Assembly (NCBI RefSeq): GCF_020745735.1
Contig: NC_083418.1
Coordinates: 1,116,001-1,180,000 of the forward strand
Reading direction: 5' to 3'
Source of the DNA: Hemiscyllium ocellatum
Lineage: Eukaryota
DNA: 64,000 nt
The notes beneath the pieces are model-generated. The model did no database searches, was not told the origin of the DNA, and was given only the letters and a program-made list of their open reading frames with translations. This document shows, piece by piece, positions 1 through 11,700 of this stretch (its first letter is position 1; every line of letters starts with the position of its first letter). The position numbers and the translations under genes are program-made.

Positions 1-699
1 TTGTTACCTATAACAACGCTTTAGATGAATGGAGCAAATGTATTCTAACTAAGTTAGGCAGGAACCCACAAGGTAGAGAATATCCAATTGGATAAGTAAT
101 GTATAACATTGTGGCACCTGGAATATAACAGTTAACTTGTAATTTTTCAGGAAGAATAACGTGCTGTAGGTTACTGAAATGTAGAGGGAATCCAGGACTG
201 AGTCATACAGTGTGTCGTGGAGGGTTCAAACTGACCGGTTCAGACACGTGAATTGCGGTTCCATCTCCCTGACCATCTGCTACCTGTAGTTCCCAGTGGC
301 CCACTTGCTCTCAGTACACACGAGATACTTGGTGAGCTTGTTTGGCCATGGTGGTCGGTAAGAGGAAGGTGTTTTGAGCTGTCTGTCAAGGGCCTTTATC
401 TGGGAGGCCATGCTTCCTTTCTACGTGGAGAACCAAGCAAGATAGAAATGGCTGCCTGCTTCTGAATGAAGAGGCTGCGGCTGGTACGAGGACAGTGGTT
501 TTTCACCAATCTGATGCACTACGTGTGCTCACCCTGCAACATTATGGAGTGAGTGAGGAATGTCCATTCACAAGAAGGAGAAATAAAGGTTTGTACGATT
601 AGCTGAAATGGTGAGTTCTATCAAATTCTCAATCTCACAGAGAACCATTTACCTAGAGGAGATGTCTGTTAAGCACACGGTACTTCATGGTTCAAGCTC

Positions 700-1500
700 T
701 CCTTGGTCCAACCCGGCCATCTGTCGAATGCAGAAAAGTCCGTAGGCCATGCCAGTATATTCATCTACACACTCAAAGTCGATGTCTGTCCTGCATCGGG
801 AGTTATGCAGACCATAGCAGTACAATTGCTGTACTTCCATTTTAGAAGTATGCCCTACTCAACAGAAGCTAATACCATATAAGACAAAGGGCAGGGTCTT
901 CGATCTGAGGCTGAGACTCTTCCTCCGCCACGATTGATTGCAGGATGCTCCTGCAGATACTGGTAGGGGCATATCCTTCTGTGACAAGTAGCTTGATGAG
1001 CGTGTTTACCTGTCGTTGTATCCCCAACAACGTCCCATAGTCTGTCTACTGTTTTTGAGGCCTTGAACTGCTCAGTCAGTAGTAAGCCTGTGAAGAGATT
1101 CTTGGTGATGGTCATTGAAATCCCACATCCAGAGTACGTTCTGAATCTTTGTCACACACAGATTTGTTTTCACCCAGCGGTGATGTGGATGGCAGTAGAT
1201 GTCTATTATCGGGAAATTTTCTGACCACTTTTGACATGTTACCATGAGATTTCCCAGTTTCTGAGATCAGTGTTGGAGGATTCCAGCATAGCTCATTTCC
1301 GAAATATAGCCCATTTTGCCCCCACCACTGATGCGTCTGTCCTGCCAGTGGGATAGGCTATACCCAGGGATGGTGATGAACCCCCTTATAACATTACTCA
1401 TCAGGCATGATTCTGTGAGTATAACGATGCCAGACTGTTTCCTGAACGGGTCAATATGTGGAATAAACATGGCAATGGAACCGCGAATAATGAGTTACAA
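700..1500 (-). mobile_element. Degenerate LINE (CR1/L2-clade) ORF2 fragment, APE endonuclease region
   Basis: Minus-strand translations IVILTESCL...ITIPGYSLSHWQDRRISGGG (1267-1470) and KIQNVLWMWDFNDHHQE (~1100-1150) resemble APE motifs (xTEsw, pGY, GGG, GDFNxHH). Multiple stops and frameshifts; boundaries approximate. Confidence 0.65.
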
Positions 1501-1907
1501 AGCTATGTGGTACTTGAATGTGTGTTGCATTCTCGAAACAGTGTGAGGAAATCGGTGCATATATTTAGGGAAATCGATAGGGTTCAATGGCATTAGTTAG
1601 ACAGAGTGACAAGGTGACCGATATTGGGAACTGAATATTCAGAACATTTGTTATTTGGGAGTGCTGGACAGAAATGAAAAGGAACTGGAGGACATCTGGG
1701 AATAAAGGATGGCCTCTGTACGATTGTAAAACAGAACCATATATCAACTGATTGAGACATTGTCTTAACTGTGTTGTATCTGTTGCAAAGTGCCAGTTCA
1801 GTTGAGTTGGGGGACAATTTCCCACTTTGGGGCTGAGTGAATCTCAACAAATGCAATGGGCAGAAGGGCGTGTGATGTGGGTCTTCAAGACACAATGGCA
1901 TTCTGTA

Positions 1908-2090
1908 TCCGACATTCTCCAGAATATTTTATACCCGACATTCCCTAGAAAATTCTATATGCAAAATTCATTGGAACGTTCTTTACCAACATTTCCAGGA
2001 ACATTTTACATCCAACATTCTATAATGGATATTCACCGGAACATTCTACAACTGACATTTCACGGAACGTTCTAAACCCAGCATGCTATA
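1908..2090. repeat. Degenerate ~26-bp minisatellite (CCGACATTCnnnGGAACATTCTATA-like), about 6-7 units
   Basis: Units read directly: ccgacattctccagaatattttatac / ccgacattccctagaaaattctatat / ccaacatttccaggaacattttacat / ggatattcaccggaacattctacaa / ctgacatttcacggaacgttctaaa. Confidence 0.7.
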
Positions 2091-2514
2091 ACTGAGATTA
2101 CCAAACACGTTCTATCATTGACCTTATGTGTGAGGGATCGGACATCAGTGAATGGAACAAAACATAAGATCCCGAGGGAAGTCGTCCCGTTCCAGGGAGA
2201 AGGAGTCACTGAACCGAAGTCCCCTCATTCAGTCAAATGTTTGAATACGTTTTATCTGCATTTACGTTTCTTCATCTCCCATGATCGACCACAATTTCGA
2301 CTTAAAGACTGAAATTTCGAAACTCCCTGTGTCGTCAAATAATTGGCAGAGAATTCTTCAGAACAGCAATGTTTTTGCACTCTGCATTTGGTCTGGAAGG
2401 AAGTGACCTACGTCTACTCTCGCGTGATCGGGTGTATGGTAATGTTCCAGGAATCATCTGCTTTGATGGATGGTTCTCTGTCCGGTTTGGCAGAGAGGAT
2501 TTCTTGTGTTATAG

Positions 2515-2925
2515 AAAAGGCTGAGGAAAGGCTGAGGCACTTGGGGCTATTTTCATTGGAGAAAAGAAGGTTTAGGGGTGACTTGATAGAGGTGTACAAG
2601 ATGATAAGGGATTTAGATAGGGTTGACCATGAGAACCTTTTTCCACGTTGGGAGTCATCTATTACAAGGGGGCATAGCTCTAAATTAAGGGGTGGTAGAT
2701 ATAGGACTGATCTTAGGGGTAGATTCTTTACTCAGCGAGTCGTCAGTTCATGGAATGCCCTGCCAGTGACAGTGGTGGACTCTCCCTCTTTATGGGCATT
2801 TAAACGGGCATTGGATAGGCATATGTAGGATAGTGGGCTATTGTAGATTACGTGGGCTTGGATCGGCACAATATCGAGGGCCGAAGGGCCTGTACTGCGC
2901 TGTATTTTCCTATGTTCTATGTTCC
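2515..2925 (+). mobile_element. CR1 LINE 3' end (ORF2 C-terminus, 3' UTR and tail)
   Basis: EERLRHLGLFSLEKRRFRGDLIEVYKMI...FFTQRVVSSWNALP is the CR1 ORF2 C-terminal motif; ends gggccgaagggcctgtactgcgctgta...ctatgttctatgttc. Confidence 0.92.
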
Positions 2926-3068
2926 AGAACACATTTTTGTCAATACTACAGCCATTCCCATTTGTTATTTCGACGGCAATTATTTCACAAAATATCTGAA
3001 TAACTTGACACATCTGAAAATCTCACGAGGTTCTCAGTTAAACTGGCCACTTTACCTCTAGGATGATC

Positions 3069-3370
3069 GGCACGGTGGCACAGTGGTTAGCACTGCTGCT
3101 TCACAGCACCAGAGACCTGGGTTCAATTCCCGCCTCAGGCGACTGTCTGTGTGGAGTTTGCACATTCTCCCTGTGTCTGCGTGGGTTTCCTCCGGGTGCT
3201 CCGGTTTCCTCCCACAACCCAAAGATGTGTGGGTCAGGAGATTTGGCAATGCTAAATTGCCCGTAGTGTTAGGTAAGGGGTAAATGTAGGGGTATGGGTG
3301 GGTTGTGCTTCGGCGGGTGGACTTGTTGGGCCGAAGGGCCTGTTTCCACACTGTAAGTAATCTAATCTAA
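3069..3370 (+). mobile_element. HE1-like tRNA-derived V-SINE
   Basis: tRNA-like head with A box (tggcacagtgg) and B box (ggttcaattccc), V-domain gtgtggagtttgcacattctccc...gggtttcctccgggtgctccggtttcctccc, LINE-shared tail gggccgaagggcctgtttccacactgta and (TAATC)n. Flanked by a direct repeat ATGATCG (3063-3069, 3370-3376). Confidence 0.93.
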
Positions 3371-3400
3371 TGATCGATAATGTGTTTTCCTTCTTAAAAG

Positions 3401-4307
3401 TTAAGTTAGTGACGATATACTCCTGCTTCATAAAAATTGTGGATTGTTGGCATGTGTCAGACGTTACCTGGTGGCCATAGCAGTGGCGGATCTACTGGTC
3501 ATTATCCTCGACCTTATACTGAGACACATTCCCATTGTTTACATGGAACAGTTTCATTTACTGTACTCCAGCCCCGTGCGTAAAATCCACGCTGTCCTGG
3601 TTTATGCAGCCGCTTACTTTTTGGGCTGGTTCATCGTCAGGTTCACCTTCGACCGTTTTGAGGTCATTTGTAGCCAGAAGCTGAAATGTCAGTATTACAG
3701 TGAGAAAACGGCGGCTGTGGTTCTGATAGCAGTGACGATGCTCAGCTGTTTAAAGAACATTTGCTGGTATTTTATGCACACATATTTGTATTGGCTGTGG
3801 AACGGCGCCTGGTTTTGCTGGGTAACAGACGTTGTTCAATCCTCCCGTGTCTAGATCATAAACGAGTTTCTCCACCACATTCTAACTCCAGCTCTCCCAT
3901 TTCTCCTGATTCTGCTGCTCAATGTTTTCACCGTCAGACATATTTTAATGACCAGCAGAGCCCGGAGCAGACTCCGGGCTCACAACAATGGGGACGCTCA
4001 GTCTGACACAGAAATGAGAAACCGAAGAAAGTCCATCATTTTACTGTTTGTGATCTCGGCCAATTTCATCCTGTTATGCTCAATGTTGATGTTGTATACT
4101 ATATGGTATCGCACGTGATTAATTGGATATGAGTCTGCGTATCCATACTAGTTTGTGCGGGAGTTGGGCTTCATGCTGCAGCTCCTCAGTTGCTGCACAA
4201 ACACAGTGACATATGCCGTGATCCAGACTAAGTTCAGACAGCAGCTGAAGAATATGCTAGGATTACCTTTCAACCGAATTACTCAATCAAGCAAATCCAC
4301 TCAATAA
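3401..4307 (+). pseudogene. GPR139/GPR142-like class A GPCR pseudogene (exon 2)
   Basis: AG acceptor at 3399-3400, then VKLVTI / frameshift ~3418 / LLLHKNCGLLACVRRYLVAIAVADLL...FTFDRFEVICSQKLK...ILTPALPFLLILLLN...RNRRKSIILLF...GFMLQLLSCCTNTVTY..TKFRQQLK. In-frame stops TAG 3852, TGA 4116 and TAG 4149; terminal TAA 4305-4307. Colinear with the intact gene at 61150-62045; AATAAA at 4510-4515. Confidence 0.92.
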
Positions 4308-4764
4308 TCGGGATGTTGTCATTTGAGTTCAGTGTTTCTGCGATTATTGCTGCATATCACTACGGCAACAGACTGAAGTTCGTGCCAGTTCGTCCAACCT
4401 TATCACACAAGGGGTTGGCAGGGATACATCTCAATATTTCTCTCAGCTGAAGGGACAGTGTGAAAAGGCACGATCCCAATGACTGTATCGATTACTGCAA
4501 TTTATAAACAATAAAAATCTTTATTAAACAGCGCTTAGCAGCAGAGTGAATGATATTGTTGTTTGTATTTATGTTGAAGAAGCTGAGAAGAAGAGAGACA
4601 GACTTAGTCGCAGGTCCTGGTCCTCAGAGAGGGGGCGGGTACGGGCCCTGAGCTCAGGAGTTGGATTTAAGTCACTCAGTCCTCGCTTTAACCTCTGAGT
4701 CCCCGACTCCAACCTGGCCTTTGGCAGAGTTTACCTGTCTACCACGATGCAAACTATCTCCACT

Positions 4765-5110
4765 TAAACGCATCCATCTCTCTCTCCCCGTCTATCATGC
4801 TCTTCATTCCAAGCTCTCCCTCTTCCCACGAACCACCTCCCTTGTACTCTCAACCATTTTCCTTTTACTCTCCCTCTTTCCACATAATCTCTTTCTCTCC
4901 CAGTCTCCCTTTCACTGTCTGTCTTTCCCCAGCTCTCTCTAACGCCTTGTCGCTCCACATGCTTCCACACTTATTTTTCAATCGACATTTCTCTCTCACT
5001 CTCCTGTTCTGTCTGTCTTTTTCCTGCTTTTAAATCAGACCCGCATTTTTTTCATTCCGGGAACCACCCCTCCACATCATTGTTCCCTCTCTGCCATACC
5101 GCCTCTGTAG
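4765..5110. repeat. Pyrimidine-rich (CT-rich) low-complexity block on + strand
   Basis: Mostly C/T (ctctctctcccc, ctccctcttccc). Opposite polarity to the adjacent G/A tract. Confidence 0.8.
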
Positions 5111-5514
5111 ATAACTCCCGTCTCTGGATCAGTAAGAGGAGTGGGTGAGACTGGGTCAGATAAAGAGTGAGTGAAGGAGGCAGACGGAAAGGGCGGGGTA
5201 AGAGAGCTCGGAGAGAAATAGAGGGGGCAGAGAGATAAAGGCAGATATCAAGAGAGTGGGAGAGAGAGAGGGAGGAGAGTAGGGAGACTTGGAATTGGAG
5301 GTAGTGGAGAGAGAGGGAGGAGGGTAGAGAGAGAGAGTTGGAGGGACCACAGAGTGAGTGTTGGAGGGGTTAGAGACAGAGAGAGTGAGAACGCTGTCGA
5401 GAGAGATCCGGTTGAGAGAGGAAGGGGGTAGAGAGAGAGTAGGTGGAAGTCGAGAGAGGCAAGAGAGGGATAGGGAAGAGAGAGTGTGGAGGGTGGGGAG
5501 AAACAGAAGGGAGT

Positions 5515-5625
5515 CATAGTCATAGAAATGTACAGCATGGAAACAGGCCCTTCAGTCCAACTCATCCATGCGGGTCAGATATCATACACCAAGCTAGTCC
5601 TACCTGCCAGCACAGAGTGGTTGAG
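5515..5625 (-). mobile_element. Short LINE/SINE 3'-tail fragment inserted in the G/A tract
   Basis: Reverse complement reads ...ggatgagttggactgaagggcctgtttccatgctgtacatttctatgactatgac, the same tail family as at 2880-2925 and 3330-3360. Confidence 0.85.
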
Positions 5626-5670
5626 GAGGACACAGAGTGGCAGGGGAAATGCCGAGAGACAGTGGAAGAG

Positions 5671-5709
<39 letters not shown>

Positions 5710-8700
5710 CACAAGTTCGAGGCAAAGTGAGATGGAGGAAGTAGGGGAAAAGAGAGAGTGAGTGGGAATGGTTATGGAGAGAGATTAGGAATGGGTAGAG
5801 AGAGACATTGGGAGAGTGTGGAAAGCGGTTTAGTAGGACGGGGTAGAGAGAGAGAGACTCAGAGGAGGCTAGAGAGGAATGGAGGGAGGGATGCCGATAC
5901 GTAAAGAGAGGGAGTGGAAGGGGTGTAGAGATAGAGTGTGAGGGAGTAGTCAGAGAGAGCGGCATTGTGGGATGGTACTACAGAAAGGGAGAGGGGCTAT
6001 GAGTGAGAGTTAGGGTCTGGGATACAGAGTGAAAGATGCGTATAGAGAGGGAGTGTGAGTGGTGTAGAGCAAGAGTGGAACAGGGTCGAGAGAAAGACAT
6101 AAAGTGTGAGTGGTTAGAGAGTTATTGAAGGAGACAGAGAGAGGGAGAGAATGATGGAGAGACAGAGAGAGAGCGAGTGGGATGTAATTAGAGAGAGACT
6201 GGGAGGAGGCTACAGAGACAGACAGAGAATAAGTGACGGTTATGGAGAGTATGGGAAAGAGATGAGAGAGACTGTAAGGGGTTAGAGAGAGAGGGAATGG
6301 GAGTGGGGAGAGAGAGAAAAAGTGTGCGGGACGGATAGATTCTTAGGGGTGTAGAGAGATTGGAAGTGGGTAGAGAGAGTGGGAGGGTGTGCAGAGGCAG
6401 AGAGTGGGAGGGTGTAGAGCGAGAGAGGTGAGTTAACCGAAAGAGTGTGAGAGTGGGTTAGAAACAGAGAGAGTAGGAGGGTTGAGTGGGAGTGGAATTT
6501 GGACATCAAAGGAGAGAGTGGGAGGGGCGCAGAACGAGGATGGGAGGTGATAAAGAGCGAAAGAGGCAGGGGTGTAGAAACAAAACGAATTGGACGTGGG
6601 TAAAGAGACAGTGTGGGCGACAGAGAGACAGTGGTATGGAGAGAACGAGAGAAGGCTCAGTCAGAGAGAGTGGAATGGAAGAGAGTGTCGGGGAAAGAAA
6701 GAGTGGAGGGGATCGAGAGTAAATGTGAGGTGCAAAGTGGGAGGCGTAGAGAGAAAGGGAGACTGTCGAGAGAGAGTTGGATTGGAGAAGAGAGAGGGAG
6801 ACGGAAGAGAGAGAGGAGGAGCGGATAAAGAGAGAGTGGGAGGGGTGCAAACATAGAGGTGGTAAGAGAGAGTGTCAGGGGTTAGAAGGTGAGCGTGCGA
6901 GGAGGTACAGGGAGATTAGGAGAGGGTAGAGAGAGAGGGGGAGTTGGAGAATACAGGGAAGGAGAGAGTATGGGTGTAAGGTAGAAAGAGAGAGACAAGA
7001 GATGTAGAGAGGGAAAGTTGGAGAGATCAGAGGGAGAGGGAATATATGGGTTGGAAAGAGAGAGTGGGATGGGGCAGACAGAGTGTGAGGGGGCAGACAG
7101 AGTGAGAGAGAGAAGAGCTGGAGAGAAAGTGAGTGCGGGAGTAGGATGGAGTGAGAGAAATTTCGATGGGGTAGAGAGAGAGAAAGAAAGAGGTGTGCAG
7201 CGAGAAGTGTGGGCGGAGAGTAGAGAGAGAGAGTGTGTGTGAGACGGTGAGTGCAGACAGAGTGGGAGAGAGTGTGGTATTGTGCACTGAGAGTGAGTGG
7301 AATGGGCGCAGAGAGAGATGACCAGTGCAGAGAGAGAGTGAGTTTGGGAGGGCGGTTGAGAGAGATAGTGGATGAATGGTCGAGAGGGGGGGGCGTGACA
7401 GAGAGATAAGGATAAAGAGAGAAAGAGAGAGAGAGAACCTGGGGAGGGGTTCCGAGAGTGAGCGAGTTTTAGATCGAGATTGAGTGGAACGGGTTTTGAC
7501 AGTGTGAGAGAGTGCTCGAAGATGGAGAGAGAGAGAGAGAGAGAGGTAGTGCAAGCGGGTAGAGAGAGAGATAGAGAGCAAGAGAGTGTGGGCCGGGTGC
7601 AGAGAAAGAGAGTGTGGGATTGGGAAGACGGGGTGAGAGAGAAAGAGTGGGCTCTGGAGAGAGACAGGGAGTGAGAGGAGGACAGAGAGAGAGAGTGGGA
7701 GTGTGGTGTGTAAACAGAGAGAGTGAGAGAGAGGGAGTGGCGTGGACAGAGGACAATAGAACGAGACAGCAGAAGAACGGTGTAGCGAGAAAAGCACAGA
7801 GACAAGGAGTGAGGTAGAGAGAGTGTGGGACGCGTGTAGAGTGAGATAGAGTGGAAGAGGTGTAGAGAGAGAGAGAGAGAGACAGGTGGATATGTGGGTA
7901 GAACAAGAGAGATTGGGAAGGGGTTTGAGAAAGCGAATTTGGGAGAGAGAGTGGGAGGATGCAGAGAAAGAGTGAGCGTGGATGGAGTGTGGGAGTAAGG
8001 TTTAGACAGAGAGAATGGGAGGATTTGTCGAAAATAGACCGGGTGGAGAGAGACGGGAGGACAATAAAGTGATATAGATTTGGAGGTAGGTAGAGAGAGA
8101 GAGTTGGAGGTGTTTGACAAAGGAGAGAGGGTCAGTGGAAGGTGCTTAGAGAAAGAGATAGAAAGGAGGTCGGAGACAGCGAGTGTGGGAGGTGTTTGAA
8201 AGAGATAGCGAGAGAGAGGGAGTGGGAGTGGGCAGAGAGACTGGGAGAGGGCAAATAGAGCATGTAGTGTCAGAGCGAGAGCAAAAGAGTGTGGGAAGAA
8301 TGAATAGAGAAAGAGGGGTAGGGAAGAGAGAAAGTGTGAGAAAAAGTGGCATTTGGCGAGAGACGGAGAAAGCGGATTGAGGACTGAGAGAAAGAGTTGG
8401 AGACTGTTAGAGAAAGAGACAGATGGACAGAGAGATAGAGGGAGAGGTAGTTAGGTAGAGACACAGCATGAGAGAGGGAGAGGTGTATAGGGAGAGATCG
8501 TGGAGGAGGGGTAGCGAGAGGAGGAGGGGTAGACATAGAGAGATTGGGATAGCGATAGAAAGAAAGAGAGAACTAGTAAGTTGTGTAGAGAGAGAGAGAG
8601 TTGGTGGTGGTGGAGACAGAGCACAAGGGTGGAGAAACAATGTGAGATCAGGCATAAAGAGATCAGGAGGGGCTGTACATGTAGAGATTGAGGAGAGAGA

Positions 8701-11700
8701 GGAAGAGAGGGAAGGGGCAGAGACAGAGTGTGGGAGGGAAGCAGAGAAAGAGGTAGATTGATTGTTTGGGGTTAGGAGTAAAAAGACTGAGGGGTTAGAC
8801 AGAGTGGCAGGGGAGGAGATAGAGATACACTTGGAGTACGGTTGAGAGACGAGAGAGTGGAGGAGAATAGAGAGAGAAAATAAGGCTCAAAGAAATATAG
8901 AGAGTGAGAGGAGTTAGAGAGGGAGTATAGTGGGAAGAGAGACAGTAAAAGGGGAAGCAAGAGAGAATGGGAGGGAGAATGAGCAGATGGCTAGAGTGGA
9001 GTGATGGCAGAGATAGCGAGCGAAACGGGAGATAAGCGTGGTAGGGCTTTGCAGTTAGAGAGAGCAAGAATGGGAGTGGAATAGAGAGACAGTTGGAGGA
9101 GTGAAGAGAGCAAGAGTGGGTTGAGAGAGAGTGAGATGGAAGTAGTGAGAGACAGAAAATAGAAGGGTGGTAGAGAGAGACAAAAATAGACAGAGTGGGA
9201 TATAAGTAGAGAGACACAGTGGGAGAGGTGTAGACAGAGACAGTGGGAGGTGGCAAGGACAGAGAGTGAATGTGGTATGTGTGGGTAGGGAGAGAGTGGG
9301 AAGGTAACAGAGAAAAGGGGAGGGGTTTGAGTGAGAGAACCGGAATGGGAGGGAAGTACAGAGAGAGAGAATGGGAGTGGGGTATGGTGACATACTTGGA
9401 GGAGTGGGGGAGGAAACATAGAGAATGAGAGGGAGATAGAGAGTGAGAATGGGGTGGTGTTAGAGTGACACAGAGAGAGAGAGTAGGACGGGGATAGAAA
9501 TACAGAGTGAGAGGGCAATACAGAAAGAATGAGTGGGATAGGGCTGGAGGAAGGGACAGTGGGATGGGGTGAGAGGCAGAGAGAGGGAGGCGGGCAAGAC
9601 AGTGGGTGAGAATAGGGAGAGTGTGGGACGGAGCAAAAGACAGTGGAGTGATTGGAGAATAGAGAGGGTGTGAAAAGAGAGTGAGAGTGCGAATGAATTG
9701 TGAATGAGAATAGGAGGAGAGGTTAGAGGGAGAAAGGCATGGGTGGATAGAGAAAGAGAGAGTGGGAGTGTGGATGCGAGAGACAGAGAGTTAAGAAACA
9801 GACAGAGAGAAAGAATGTTGGAGGGAAGTGGTGAGGGATGGGGTAGAGAGCGTGTGAGATTAGGGAGAGTGGGAGAAGTTAGAGAAAGGGAGACACTGGG
9901 AGGGAGGTAGAGAGAATGTGCGAACAAGTGTGGTGGTGCTATACAGAGAGTGGGTGAGAGAGAGAGCGGGAGGGGTTGAAAGAGTGAGCGTGAGGTCGAG
10001 CGCTTAGAGGGAGAGTTTTGGAGGGATGTAGAGAGGGAGAAATAGGGTGTGAGCGTGGCAGAGAGATACAGAGAGATATTGGCAGGTCGATGTCGACAGC
10101 GAGAGAGTGGGAGGCTGGTCGAGAGAGAGAGAGTGGGTCAAGTATAGAGCAGGAGAGAGTGGGAGTGGTGCGGGATAGAGAGAGAGAGGGAGGCGGGAGA
10201 AGGAGGACGTGTTGGAGAGAGAGAGATGTCGGAAGAGGGTAAAGAGAGAGATTTTGAAGAGTGTAGAGAGAGGAAGAATGAGGGGGCAGTAAAAGAGTGG
10301 GATGTGGAAGGGAGAGTGTGAAAGAATGTTTGCGGGTTGGGAGAGAGTGATAATGGAAGGAAGGCAGAGAGAGTGAGGAGTAGTAGAGAGAGAGGGAGAC
10401 AGAGAGATAGAGGTGAAAATGGGTGTTGTGTCGAGAGAGGCGTTTATAGAGAGACCATGGGGGGAGAGAGTTGAAGAAAGGAAATGAGAGACATGGAGTG
10501 GGATAGAAAGAGAGATGGAGACTGTAGAGAGAGAATGACGAGATAGAGAGTGTGTAAGTGTTGTAGAGAGAGTGTATGAGTGAGGGAGAGAATGGGAGAG
10601 TGGTAAAGAGGGATTGAGAGCACGAGTGTGGCCGGGCAGTAGAGACAGAGATAGAGAAAGCAGTTTAGAGAGGGAAAAATGGGAGTAGGTACAGAGAGAG
10701 ACAGACAGTGGGGGACGCGGGGTAGAGAGAGTGGGACTGGGATCGAGAGAGTGACAGGTAAATGTGAGAGAGAGTGGGAGAGGAATACAGAGAGATGGTG
10801 GTGGTGGGGTGGCAATACATAGCTGTGCAGAGTGACAGTGGTTAGAGAAAGAGAGATGGATGCAAAAGAAATAGAGAAGACGCAGTGGAGAGAGAGATGG
10901 AAATGGAGACGAAGGCTTGTACACAGAGGGAGACAGGAAGTCAGAGAGGGTTAGAGAGAGAGATTGGGAGGGGTTTAGAGAGCGGAAGAGGGTGGAGGGT
11001 AGAACGATTGACAGATATCCGGATAGAGAGAGAGAGAGACAGAGCGAGAGAGACAGAGACAGAGAGGGTGTGTATGAAGGGTTTGGAGAGGGAGACCATG
11101 AGGTGGAAGAGAGAGAAAGTGGTAGGAGTTATATGGAGAGAGGGAGAGTAAGAGGGATTTTATAGAGAAAGTGTGGGAGGGGGTAGAGAGAGATAATGGG
11201 AAGATAGTAGGGAGAGAGAAACTGTGTGTGTGTGGGAGAGAGAGGCTGGTAGACAGAAAGAGAGAAAGTGGGAGTGGAGTAGAGAGAGAGATTGTGGAAG
11301 TCGAGAGAAATATACAGAGAGTGGGAAGGGTTAGAGCGAGAGCGAGAGACTGATTAGGATTGGGGTAGTACGAGAGTGGGAGAGGAGTAGTGATAGAGTG
11401 TGCTAGAGGGTTGCGAGAGAATTTGTGGGACGAGTTAGAGATAGAGAATGCGAGAGGGTACAGACTGCCAGAGAATGGGAGGGCGTCGAGAGTGTGGGGA
11501 CGAGAGAAAGAGAGAGAAGGTGAGGCGGAAGAGAGAGAGTATAGGAGAGGGGTGTCAAGAGGGAAAGTGGGTGTGGGTTGGAGAGAGAATATGGATTGGG
11601 AAAGGTTGGGAAATATATAGAGAAAAAGTGAGAGGTATAAGGTGAGATTGAATCGGGGTGACAGAGCGAGAGATTGGCAGAGGGAAGAGACTGAGAAAGA

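Noticed and set aside
2343-2460. Possible exon 1 of the GPCR pseudogene (…YVYSRVIGCM|GTAATG) and promoter-like GGAAGTG/TCTCGCG motifs
   Set aside because: Only a weak resemblance to YYxxLAxIGxP; short motifs of this kind arise by chance.
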